64,000 bases of DNA, taken from positions 64,001 through 128,000 of the forward strand of contig JBDRNC010000028.1 of NCBI GenBank assembly GCA_043811535.1. The letters are read 5' to 3'. A program made the position numbers and the translations under genes. Under the pieces are notes generated by a model. That model searched no databases and was not told the origin of the DNA. It worked only from the letters and a program-made list of their open reading frames with translations. Source of the stretch: Elusimicrobiota bacterium. Lineage in GTDB: Bacteria; Elusimicrobiota; Endomicrobiia; Endomicrobiales; JBDRNC01. The stretch's first letter is position 1; each line of letters starts with the position of its first letter. Positions 29,087 through 37,523 of this stretch are shown piece after piece.

Positions 29087-29172
29087 TCCCGCCAACGGCG
29101 GGACTAGTTACTCCTTGATTACACAGACGACTTCCGACAAGCAATTAATGGAGTCCCGATTTATCGGGATTC
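29087..29172. repeat. Small GC-rich hairpins between hgcA and hgcB
   Basis: TCCCGCC-AAC-GGCGGGA and GAGTCCCGAT-TT-ATCGGGATTC. Confidence 0.75.
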
Positions 29173-29183
29173 AAACATAGATT

Positions 29184-30320
29184 TCACCGATTAAATACAC
29201 TTACTATTCCCAGTACTAATGAGACCGCCAACGAGCTGAGAATCGCCGGTATCGCGTACTTGAGTTCTTTCTTCACGCCGGATAATGATGTGTACGTTGA
29301 TGCGCCGGTGAAATTCGCCGCGATGTATGCCGTCACGGCGCTTATTCCCAGAGTTACGGATACGGATTGAAGTAAATTCAATCTATAAATAATAATCGGT
29401 ATTAACGCGGTTCCCATTCCGAGTAGAGCGCCTTTCACTGAAAATGCCCTTCCCCTAAGATAAGGGAGCATTAGCGGAACTATCAGCGTTCCGGAAAAAA
29501 TTGCTGTCCAGATTGATAATATCAGTATCCCGGCCGTCCTGCCGTACTGCGGCATGAAAAATGATGTTAAAAGCAGCGCTATAGTAACAATAAATCCTGT
29601 TTTTGCCGCGATTGCAAACTCAAGCCATGCAACAGTTAGCCTGTCGCCGGCGTCAAACCTGACTCTGCGCATTTTTTCATCCGCCTTCATGCCGTTCCTG
29701 AGGAATTCCGGGATATCTTCCGCCCTCACAGGCCCGTATATCACGTTGAACTCAGAGTACATCTTGACCATATGGGCGCACACCCCCGGCGCGCCCAGCT
29801 GGGGTACTATCACGTTTTTGTGCGAAACTACTTCGCTGAGTTTTTCTTCATATATCCTGAACGCCAGCTCCTTGGTGCCGAACGTCCCCTTGCCCGCGGC
29901 ACACCACACGTTAACGCCTCTTGAGTCAATCACCAGTATCCAAACATTCTGCCCGGCCAGTTCCCGGCGCAAAACGTCAAATGAAAGCTTATAATTCGCC
30001 GACACAAGCACCGGCGAATCCTTACCGGGATTTCCTACCGCGTAAATGCCGGGTTTTACGGCATAGTTCATCCTGGTGGAGCTCATCTGAATACCCCGTA
30101 GGGCATTAATAATTCGACCTCCCGCTTCAGCGGGATTTACATCAAGCCGTGACATTATCTGGCCGAGATAGTCCTTCATTGACCATTTCGTGGATACCTT
30201 ATCTATCTCCCGGCCGTTTATTTCAATCTTGCCTTCAACCGGGATTGAGCGGTATCTGATATCCAACCGCGCTTCCGAACCGCAGTTGCATTCTATGGCG
30301 CTCTGCTTTTCTTCAGTCAT
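29184..30320 (-). CDS. hgcA: Mercury methylation corrinoid protein HgcA
   Basis: ANYKLSFD, cap helix [23 protein letters not shown]-terminal TM helices with [17 protein letters not shown] 30320 overlaps the acr3 stop. Confidence 0.95.
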   Translation of the reverse strand: MTEEKQSAIECNCGSEARLDIRYRSIPVEGKIEINGREIDKVSTKWSMKDYLGQIMSRLDVNPAEAGGRIINALRGIQMSSTRMNYAVKPGIYAVGNPGKDSPVLVSANYKLSFDVLRRELAGQNVWILVIDSRGVNVWCAAGKGTFGTKELAFRIYEEKLSEVVSHKNVIVPQLGAPGVCAHMVKMYSEFNVIYGPVRAEDIPEFLRNGMKADEKMRRVRFDAGDRLTVAWLEFAIAAKTGFIVTIALLLTSFFMPQYGRTAGILILSIWTAIFSGTLIVPLMLPYLRGRAFSVKGALLGMGTALIPIIIYRLNLLQSVSVTLGISAVTAYIAANFTGASTYTSLSGVKKELKYAIPAILSSLAVSLVLGIVSVFNR

Positions 30321-31377
30321 TTTTCGCCTCTTTCGGAACAAATAATTTCTTCATCCTTAACGATACATTCACAAGCAGTATGAGCACCGGCACTTCTATC
30401 AAAGGCCCGATGACAGCCGCGAAGGCCTGCCCGGAATTTATGCCGAAAATCGCGATGGCAACGGCTATGGCAAGCTCAAAGTCGTTGCTCGCGGCAGTAA
30501 ATGAAGCGGCGGCGGTTTTCCCGTAATCCGCTCCCATTTTTCTCATTATGAAAAACGTTGAGAACCACATAAACGCGAAATAAATAACCAGCGGCAGGGC
30601 GATCCTCAATACATCCAGCGGAAGCCTGATTATGTACTCGCCCTTTAGCGAGAACATCACTATAATCGTGAAAAGCAGGGCGATAAACGTTAAAGGGCTT
30701 ATGACAGGCATGAATTTGGTTTCATACCATTCAAGGCCTTTCAGCTTTATCAACCCGAACCTTGTCGTTATCCCGGCTATGAACGGTATGCCAAGATATA
30801 TAAACACCGTCTTTGCCGCTTCCAGGATCGAGACGCTGACATTCAGCCCTTTTGCCAGACCGAGCCCGTTTAGAAGCAAAGTTATGAAGACATATATGTA
30901 AACGGCGTAGAAAAGCACCTGAAATATCGCGTTGAACGCAACGAGCCCGACACCTAATTCCCTGTCGCCCGAGGCAAGCTCGTTCCAGACGATTACCATG
31001 GCGATGCAGCGCGCGAGGCCTACAAGTATCACTCCTATCATGTATTCCGGATAGTTGCGCAGGAAGAGTATCGCCAGCGCCGTCATTACGACCGGGCCTA
31101 CTATCCAGTTCTGTATAAGTGAAAGGGTGAGTATCTTCTTATTGCGGAAAACGGTGTCCATTTTTTCATATCTCACCTTTGCAAGCGGCGGGTACATCAT
31201 CACAATAAGGCCTATCGCGATGGGTATCGATGTCGTTCCCACCTGGAGATTCGTTATTGCCGTCGTCACCATGGGAAAATAAAAGCCGATGCCGACACCC
31301 GCCCCCATCGCCGCAAATATCCACAGAGTGAGATACCTGTCCAGCAATGAAAGCCTTTTAACCGTTCCTTCCGACAT
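30313..31377 (-). CDS. acr3: ACR3-family arsenite efflux transporter
   Basis: [45 protein letters not shown]. Confidence 0.95.
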   Translation of the reverse strand: MSEGTVKRLSLLDRYLTLWIFAAMGAGVGIGFYFPMVTTAITNLQVGTTSIPIAIGLIVMMYPPLAKVRYEKMDTVFRNKKILTLSLIQNWIVGPVVMTALAILFLRNYPEYMIGVILVGLARCIAMVIVWNELASGDRELGVGLVAFNAIFQVLFYAVYIYVFITLLLNGLGLAKGLNVSVSILEAAKTVFIYLGIPFIAGITTRFGLIKLKGLEWYETKFMPVISPLTFIALLFTIIVMFSLKGEYIIRLPLDVLRIALPLVIYFAFMWFSTFFIMRKMGADYGKTAAASFTAASNDFELAIAVAIAIFGINSGQAFAAVIGPLIEVPVLILLVNVSLRMKKLFVPKEAKND

Positions 31378-31378
31378 T

Positions 31379-32095
31379 TCAAACCCTCCTGATGGAATAG
31401 AGTAGATACAATCCGCCGATTATAACAAGAATTCCGCATATTTTCCTCACTATAATGAGCCCTTTTGATTTTTCGTTCCAGTTCAGATAGTTCTGAACAA
31501 CTTCCGTAAAAGTGCCGGCAAGAATGATCACGGAGACATGGCCGACGGCATATGCCAGGATAAGCGCCGCAGCGAACGGCAAGTTGCTTGACCCAACTGT
31601 AAACGCAACGCCTAGCATAGGAGCCATATAAGCGAATGAACAGGGCCCGAGCGCAATACCGAATACAAGCCCCAGAATAAATGCCGCAATTAATCCTTTT
31701 TTCTTGAATATAGGCTGGCCGCCCTTCCCGGCAAACGGCAAAGGGATAATATCAAGAAGATGCAGGCCTACGATAAAAAATATTATCGCTACAAAATAAT
31801 TACCCCATGAGCCTATATCGCCCAACATCCTGCCGAGTAATCCGGTAATAATCCCGATGAGAGCTATCGTAACAAGAATGCCGGAAGCGAACAAAGATGA
31901 GAGCAGAAAAGCCCGTTTTGTTGAAATGCGGCCCTGCTCATCAATGAACCCGATAATAAGCGGTATACTTGCCAGGTGGCACGGGCTCAGCAGTATGCTG
32001 AGTATGCCCCAGATAAACGAACCGCCCAGCGCTACTATCGGCGACGAGTAAAGCGTTCCCGAAAGCCATGTGAATATATTCAATATCATTCGCAA
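31379..32095 (-). CDS. CcdA/DsbD-type transmembrane disulfide reductant transporter
   Basis: [10 protein letters not shown] and LGPCSFAY conserved Pro-Cys pairs; hydrophobic. Confidence 0.85.
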   Translation of the reverse strand: MRMILNIFTWLSGTLYSSPIVALGGSFIWGILSILLSPCHLASIPLIIGFIDEQGRISTKRAFLLSSLFASGILVTIALIGIITGLLGRMLGDIGSWGNYFVAIIFFIVGLHLLDIIPLPFAGKGGQPIFKKKGLIAAFILGLVFGIALGPCSFAYMAPMLGVAFTVGSSNLPFAAALILAYAVGHVSVIILAGTFTEVVQNYLNWNEKSKGLIIVRKICGILVIIGGLYLLYSIRRV

Positions 32096-32559
32096 ACCTG
32101 TCCCGGCTCCATTTTCATGCCGCTTTCCTTCTTTTTGGGCGCGCTTTTCGCAGTTTCCGATACTCCCTGTTGCTTTAACACTTTAACTATCTCTTCCTTG
32201 GGGAAAAAGCCTTCATGCCTGAAATACTCTTTGCCGGCTTTATCAAGGAATACCTGCGTCGGTATTACGCGGATTTTGTATTTTTCGCCGTACTGCCGGC
32301 CTTCTTCTGTCCATACATCGTAAAAAACGACCTTGACCTGCTTGCTGTATTCTTCTTCAATCTCTTTCATGACCGGCTGCATCGCCTTGCAGGGCATGCA
32401 GTTGACCGAACCCAGTTCAACAAAAGTTACTTTGATATCGCTTTTTTTCTGCGGCTGCGCGGATTTCACAGCACTTACTTTTTCAACCGCGTTTGAGTTA
32501 ATCGCCGAAACAAGCAATAACCCCGCAGCTAATACTCCGACAATTGTAATATTTTTCAA
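32086..32559 (-). CDS. Exported thioredoxin-family protein
   Basis: Signal peptide; CMPCKAM; cis-Pro motif IPTQVF. Confidence 0.88.
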   Translation of the reverse strand: MKNITIVGVLAAGLLLVSAINSNAVEKVSAVKSAQPQKKSDIKVTFVELGSVNCMPCKAMQPVMKEIEEEYSKQVKVVFYDVWTEEGRQYGEKYKIRVIPTQVFLDKAGKEYFRHEGFFPKEEIVKVLKQQGVSETAKSAPKKKESGMKMEPGQVCE

Positions 32560-32592
32560 GAGTCCTCCTTGTGAACACTTTACCCGTTATTC

Positions 32593-32646
32593 TGCAGTTT
32601 TTACCAGTCACCAGTCACTAGTCACTGTCATTATTCATCCGCAGCA
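32593..32646. repeat. Heptamer half-array (YAGTCAC) plus thioredoxin 3' end
   Basis: CAGTCAC CAGTCAC TAGTCAC; matches 28618-28677. Confidence 0.85.
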
Positions 32647-32937
32647 ACTGCCGCCGTCCCCGCAGCCGCACGAGCTCTTGGTTGTATCGCTTTTCTCAAT
32701 AATCCACTTCTTTATCTCGTCTTTTGAAGGTATCCTTCCGGCAACCACGACTTTTCCGTCTATGGCAAGCGCCGGCGTTATCATAACGCCGTAATTCATG
32801 ATATCCTCTATTTTGTCAACCTTATCCACCGCGACTTTCGCGCCGATTCCCATTTCGAGCACGGCCTCCTGAGTCATTTGCAGGAGCTTCTTGCATCTCG
32901 GGCATCCCGTTCCGAGTATTTCCAGCTTCATGTTCAT
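32635..32937 (-). CDS. Small redox-active disulfide protein (MTH895-like thioredoxin) with Cys-rich tail
   Basis: LGTGCPRC, YGVMITPALAIDG, tail SCGCGDGGSCCG. Confidence 0.88.
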   Translation of the reverse strand: MNMKLEILGTGCPRCKKLLQMTQEAVLEMGIGAKVAVDKVDKIEDIMNYGVMITPALAIDGKVVVAGRIPSKDEIKKWIIEKSDTTKSSCGCGDGGSCCG

Positions 32938-32991
32938 ACCTCCTGTCTAAAGTATAATACCATCTTTGTGTCCGATACGTTTTTTGACTTT

Positions 32992-33156
32992 TTCGCTTGG
33001 TTCGCGGCCGCGAATAAGCGCGAATTGGATGGAATTTCTATTCACGCCCTCCGCGAACAGAACTAAAAACACATTGATATATCAATCATTCCCCATTCGC
33101 GGTTCTATTCGCGGTCTATTCGCGGTTTTTTGCCGCGAATTGGGGCCGCGAATAGG
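32992..33156. repeat. Inverted array of CCGCGAAT / ATTCGCGG units (10-13 nt spacing)
   Basis: CCGCGAAT at 33008, 33133, 33146; ATTCGCGG at 33095, 33107, 33118. Confidence 0.8.
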
Positions 33157-33242
33157 GCTTTTCAGCAAGATTGCAGCAAGTGTGAAAGCATTTCACTTAG
33201 CACCAAAAAAGGAATACGTTAACCAGGATCAGACAGTATATG

Positions 33243-34403
33243 CTAGAACCATAACCCATAGATTATCCCGGTAAACGTTGCCATCACTATAACAAGCGAA
33301 ATATATACCAGCGTTTTCTTCGTTCCCATGACGCTTTTGATTACAAGCATGCTGGGCAGGCTTAACGCGGGGCCCGCCAACAGCAGAGCCAGGGCAGGGC
33401 CTTTGCCCATGCCTGAGCCCATTAAACCCTGCAGTATGGGAATTTCGGTCAGCGTGGCAAAATACATGAACGCGCCGCTGAAAGCCGCGAAAAAGTTCGC
33501 CCACAGCGAGTTGTTCCCGACAAGCATTGCGATAAACCTATTTGGTATCAGGCCGTTGTCAAAACCCGGTCGGCCGAGCAGTATTCCCGCGGCAAACACA
33601 CCTATGAACAGCAGCGGGAATATCTGCTTTGCGAAGGTCCACGTGGAATCAACCCAGGCGGCAAGCTCTTCTTTTTGAAACCATTGTTTAAGCATAAAAA
33701 ACAATATGATAAGCAGGCCGCCGGTGATGAACCAGTGAACCCCGTGAATCGCGTTCCAAAAGCCCGATCCCTCTTCCGGCCTGCCCCACGCGGCGAAAAT
33801 AAGTATAAGCACCATTGTAAGAAAGTAAAGCGCGGTCCGCCAAAGCAGTCTCTGCTCACCGGCTTCAACGGCAAACATGTTTCCGTCAGCGTGTTTATCG
33901 TTTTCTTCTTTACGAAAGATAAACGCCATCGCTGCTCCGATTACAACCGCGAATATTACGGCGCCGATAGCCCGGGCAACGCCTATTTCAATTCCCAGAA
34001 CCCGCGCGGTCAGTATAACGGCAAGCACGTTTATCGCCGGTCCCGAGTAAAGAAAAGCCGTGGCGGGCCCTATTCCGGCTCCGCGCTTGTATATCCCCGC
34101 GAATATCGGCAGGACTGTGCAGGAACACACCGCAAGTATCGTGCCGGAAACTGACGCCACCCCGTAGGCAAGGAACCTGTTGGCTTTCGGGCCGAAGTAT
34201 TTCATAACCGAGGCCTGCGAGACAAAGACCGATATCGCGCCCGCAATAAAAAACGCCGGGACAAGACACGTCAACACGTGAAGCCGCGCGTATTCCTGGA
34301 GCAGATAGAAACCCTCCATGACCGGCGACTGCAAACCAAAAGATTTAAACGGGATAAAATACGCGAGCAGATACACAACGATAATCAGAATCAGTTTATT
34401 CAC
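33243..34403 (-). CDS. ArsP-like (DUF318) permease
   Basis: AVCSCTVLPIFAG, FLYSGPAINV, MYFATLTEIP, LLAGPALSLP. Confidence 0.88.
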   Translation of the reverse strand: MNKLILIIVVYLLAYFIPFKSFGLQSPVMEGFYLLQEYARLHVLTCLVPAFFIAGAISVFVSQASVMKYFGPKANRFLAYGVASVSGTILAVCSCTVLPIFAGIYKRGAGIGPATAFLYSGPAINVLAVILTARVLGIEIGVARAIGAVIFAVVIGAAMAFIFRKEENDKHADGNMFAVEAGEQRLLWRTALYFLTMVLILIFAAWGRPEEGSGFWNAIHGVHWFITGGLLIILFFMLKQWFQKEELAAWVDSTWTFAKQIFPLLFIGVFAAGILLGRPGFDNGLIPNRFIAMLVGNNSLWANFFAAFSGAFMYFATLTEIPILQGLMGSGMGKGPALALLLAGPALSLPSMLVIKSVMGTKKTLVYISLVIVMATFTGIIYGLWF

Positions 34404-34767
34404 GATTTCCTTTTATCAAGCCGCAGCACTTGTCTTTTATCCGTTCTTTAAGCGTGCAGCACAGGCGTTTTTTGTCTTCCGCGAGGGTTTTTTCGGGAAC
34501 TGCCGCTAATCCGCTGAATATATCTGACAAATATTTGTCTTCCGGCTCTATCAGCGAGTAATAAATGAATTTGCCATCGCGTTTTTCCGTCACGAGCCCC
34601 GCGGATTTCAGCTCTTTCATGTGTTTTGACACGTTATACTGGGCTAATTGAAGAGTATGCATTATTTCGCAGATGCACAGCGGCTTTTTTGATTTGAGCA
34701 TAAGATTTATTATCCTAAGCCGCGTCTTGTCCGCCAGCGCTTTCATGATTTTAACGATCTGTTCCAT
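34396..34767 (-). CDS. arsR: ArsR/SmtB family repressor
   Basis: KALADKTRLRI, LCICEI, VSKHMKELKSAGLV; two C-terminal CC pairs. Confidence 0.9.
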   Translation of the reverse strand: MEQIVKIMKALADKTRLRIINLMLKSKKPLCICEIMHTLQLAQYNVSKHMKELKSAGLVTEKRDGKFIYYSLIEPEDKYLSDIFSGLAAVPEKTLAEDKKRLCCTLKERIKDKCCGLIKGNRE

Positions 34768-34782
34768 GATTACCTCTTATTT

Positions 34783-34910
34783 CCCCTCCTTATTTAAGGA
34801 GGGGTTAGGGGAGATTTGTAAACCATCTAAAAATCCCCCTTGTTCTGCCACCGTATTCACTTCCGAAGAGTCTCCGCCACTTCGGAAGTGAAATAAAGGG
34901 GGTGGGGGGT
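34783..34910. repeat. GC-rich hairpin cluster in the arsR leader
   Basis: CCCCTCCTTA-TT-TAAGGAGGGG; CACTTCCGAAG...CTTCGGAAGTG. Confidence 0.7.
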
Positions 34911-34911
34911 T

Positions 34912-34966
34912 ATCTGCTCATATGCCCTTATGTGCATATGTTAGCAGATGATTATAATTTTGTCAA
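34912..34966 (-). promoter_or_regulatory. ars-hgc operon promoter with overlapping ArsR-type operator
   Basis: TTGACA(34966-34961)-17-TAACAT(34943-34938); palindrome ATCTGCT-CATATG-N10-CATATG-TT-AGCAGAT. Confidence 0.75.
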
Positions 34967-35022
34967 TGGCTAAATTCAGCGGAGAAATAATGCGGTTTGT
35001 GCTGGATTCTTTGTCTTTTATC

Positions 35023-35775
35023 TTATTTCTTTTTCCAGTGGGGGGTGAAATCAACTTCTTCGGGGGGCACTACTATTTCCGGTTTCTGCGAGAGGCTTTC
35101 CCAGTATGCTTTGTCCAGGTTATCGTCGAATATCTGTATCAATCCCTGCTTTTTATATTCTTTCAGCAGCGCTTCTTTGGCCCTTACGGGGTTTGGCCCG
35201 AACTTCGTCATTTCCACGTCGCCCCCGTATTGTTCGTAAACCGCTTTGTTAAGCTTCCATGACTCCACCCACGGCGCGTAAACGGCTCTATTTTCTTCCT
35301 TTGAACTCTTTTTTGTTTTTTTAAAATATATCTCGTGCTTTTCAAGGTTCTCCAGCAGTTTCTTTTCTTCTTCGAGTTTCCCCCGTTTTTTCGCGTCAAG
35401 CGAAGCGTCCTTCAGAGCCTTTCTGATCTCTTTCAGCTCTTCTTTACGCTCCTTACTCTTCCTTTTCATGAATTCTCTCTGGTATTTCTCAAGTTCCCTC
35501 ACTTCACCGTCTGTTGCCCGCAATTCCTTTGTCCTAATATAATCCCTGTACGCATACTGCCAGATTATTTTGGAAAGTTTCTGCACCGGCCCTTCCACAG
35601 AACACGTTTCCCCGGAATACTCAAGTTTATCCCCGGGCAGATATCCAACCGCATCATACGCGACATTGACTCCCATTACCCTGGCGCATATTTCTTCCCT
35701 GTTTTCCTGGGAATATGCGAATGAGCCCGTCAGCCCCGCGCAGATAATTGCCGTTATGAAGTGTTTTAGTTTCAT
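35023..35775 (-). CDS. Exported hypothetical protein with central coiled coil
   Basis: Signal peptide MKLKHFITAII...AYS; K/E-rich helix; RBS GAAGGGA. Confidence 0.7.
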   Translation of the reverse strand: MKLKHFITAIICAGLTGSFAYSQENREEICARVMGVNVAYDAVGYLPGDKLEYSGETCSVEGPVQKLSKIIWQYAYRDYIRTKELRATDGEVRELEKYQREFMKRKSKERKEELKEIRKALKDASLDAKKRGKLEEEKKLLENLEKHEIYFKKTKKSSKEENRAVYAPWVESWKLNKAVYEQYGGDVEMTKFGPNPVRAKEALLKEYKKQGLIQIFDDNLDKAYWESLSQKPEIVVPPEEVDFTPHWKKK

Positions 35776-35848
35776 TTTCCCTTCAATTACTTTATTATAT
35801 CGTTTTTACCCTTCCGTAGCTCGAAGAGCGCAGGAGGGCGTCTTCCAT

Positions 35849-36955
35849 CTATACCAGCTTCTCGTATTTCTTCAGTCCCAGTTCCGCTATCATCGTTTTC
35901 ATCTCTTTCTGCAGTTCCTCATTTACGGGCACGCCCTTGTCTTTCCGGTCAAGCCAGGCAAGGTATTCCTTCTCACCGGCGGTGAATATCCTGCTCTGGC
36001 CGGGCATTTTCTTTGATTCTCGCAGCTGGCGCAGTATATCACCGGTGATTTTCTTAAAACTATTTACCTCGGTAAATGCCGAGATGTCTATCGCCTGGAA
36101 AAAATGCCCCAGGTGATACGGCACTTTTTTGCCGTCCTGAAATCCGAGCAGTCCTTTTAAAAATGTTCCGCTTTGAAGAGCGGACGAAAGTATTTCAATG
36201 ACAGTGCAGTAGCCGTAGCCCTTGTAGCCGGCTGTTTTTTCACCTATCCCGCCGAGCGGCGTGAGCGCGGCCGTCCCCTTGACGAGATCCGTAAGTATCT
36301 GTTTTGAATCCGTTTTCGGATTACCGTCGTCGCCGACAACCCATCCCTCCGGCAGTTCCTTTCCTTCCCTCGCGTATACTTCTATCTTGCCCCTTTGGGT
36401 AAGAGACGTCGCGCAGTCAATCACGAACGGGAAATCCTCGTCCGTGGGCACGGCAAATGTCAGCGGGTTGGTGCCCAGCATGTTCTCAACGCCGAAAGTC
36501 GGGGCGACCGAGGGCCTGGCGTTGGTTCCTGTCATGCCTATCATGCCGGCTTTGGCCGCCATGATCGCGTAATAGCCGGCTATGCCGTAATGCGTCGAAT
36601 TCCTGACGGCCACCATGCCCATGCCGTACTTTTTCGCCTTGTCTATCGCCATTTGCATGGACTTCTTGGCGATCACGTGGCCCATGCCGTCATGCCCGTC
36701 TATGACAGCAGTCGTCGGGCCCTCTTTGACTATTTCAAAATTGGTCTTTACGTGCTGTATCCCTTCCTTTATCCTGTCGTAGTAGATGGTCTTGAGCCGC
36801 CCTATGCCGTGCGAATCTATCCCGCGCTTGTCCGAAGTTATCAGGACGTCCGCGCAGACTTTCGCGTCTTCTTCCGGTACGCCCAGGCCCTTGAATACAT
36901 CAACCATGAATTGTTCCATCATGTCGAATTTGATCCACTTAACATTATTATTCAT
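35849..36955 (-). CDS. Ldh_2-family (malate/L-lactate/L-sulfolactate) dehydrogenase
   Basis: GIDSHGIGRL, NSTHYG, LGTNPL, GYKGYG. Confidence 0.9.
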   Translation of the reverse strand: MNNNVKWIKFDMMEQFMVDVFKGLGVPEEDAKVCADVLITSDKRGIDSHGIGRLKTIYYDRIKEGIQHVKTNFEIVKEGPTTAVIDGHDGMGHVIAKKSMQMAIDKAKKYGMGMVAVRNSTHYGIAGYYAIMAAKAGMIGMTGTNARPSVAPTFGVENMLGTNPLTFAVPTDEDFPFVIDCATSLTQRGKIEVYAREGKELPEGWVVGDDGNPKTDSKQILTDLVKGTAALTPLGGIGEKTAGYKGYGYCTVIEILSSALQSGTFLKGLLGFQDGKKVPYHLGHFFQAIDISAFTEVNSFKKITGDILRQLRESKKMPGQSRIFTAGEKEYLAWLDRKDKGVPVNEELQKEMKTMIAELGLKKYEKLV

Positions 36956-36986
36956 ATTTTCCTTTTGTCAGTCCTCGCGATGACGG

Positions 36987-37490
36987 CTACTTCGTTAATG
37001 CAATGATCATTTCCTTGAATTTCGGGTATTCTCTGACAAGTTCGCACCGTTTTCCGATTTCAAAATCCGTATAATCGAATCCTGGCGCGACAGTTGTTCC
37101 CAAAAGCGCGTATTTTCCGTCTTCTATGAGTTTCGCGCCCTGCCAGATGTTCTTTTTCACTATTACCTGGGGTTTCATCCCTTTGAATATCTCCGGTCCC
37201 AGCGTTACTATCCTGCCCTTGCCGTTTGGCAGCAACTGGAGCATCTCAACGGGGTCCCCAAGATAGAAATGGAATATTTCGTCGCTGTGGATGCGGTGCA
37301 TTGACGAAAATGAATCCTGCGTGAGCAGGTAGTATACGCACGTTGAGTAATTTCTGGCGCCTTTGTATCTCTTCGGAAGCGACATCGGGCCGATCTTGTC
37401 TTCCGAGCGGTAGGTCTCGTGAAAAAAACCGCCTTCGTCCAGCAGCGGCTTCAGCTTTAACAGTTTTCTAATTTGGGATATCTTATCCAT
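36987..37490 (-). CDS. Cupin (DUF985/YML079W-like)
   Basis: EGGFFHETYRS, HRIHSDEIFHFYLG, TVAPGFDYTDF. Confidence 0.88.
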   Translation of the reverse strand: MDKISQIRKLLKLKPLLDEGGFFHETYRSEDKIGPMSLPKRYKGARNYSTCVYYLLTQDSFSSMHRIHSDEIFHFYLGDPVEMLQLLPNGKGRIVTLGPEIFKGMKPQVIVKKNIWQGAKLIEDGKYALLGTTVAPGFDYTDFEIGKRCELVREYPKFKEMIIALTK

Positions 37491-37493
37491 TAT

Positions 37494-37523
37494 CTAATTG
37501 CCAATTGCTAATAGCTAATTGCT
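37494..37523. repeat. Heptamer half-array (CTAATTG) overlapping the gatB stop
   Basis: CTAATTG CCAATTG CTAATAG CTAATTG; the gatB TAG is 37515-37517. Confidence 0.85.

Noticed and set aside
29184..30320. HgcA as an acetyl-CoA synthase corrinoid subunit (CdhE/AcsC)
   Set aside because: The NVWCAAGK cap helix, C-terminal TM domain and adjacent HgcB identify it as HgcA.
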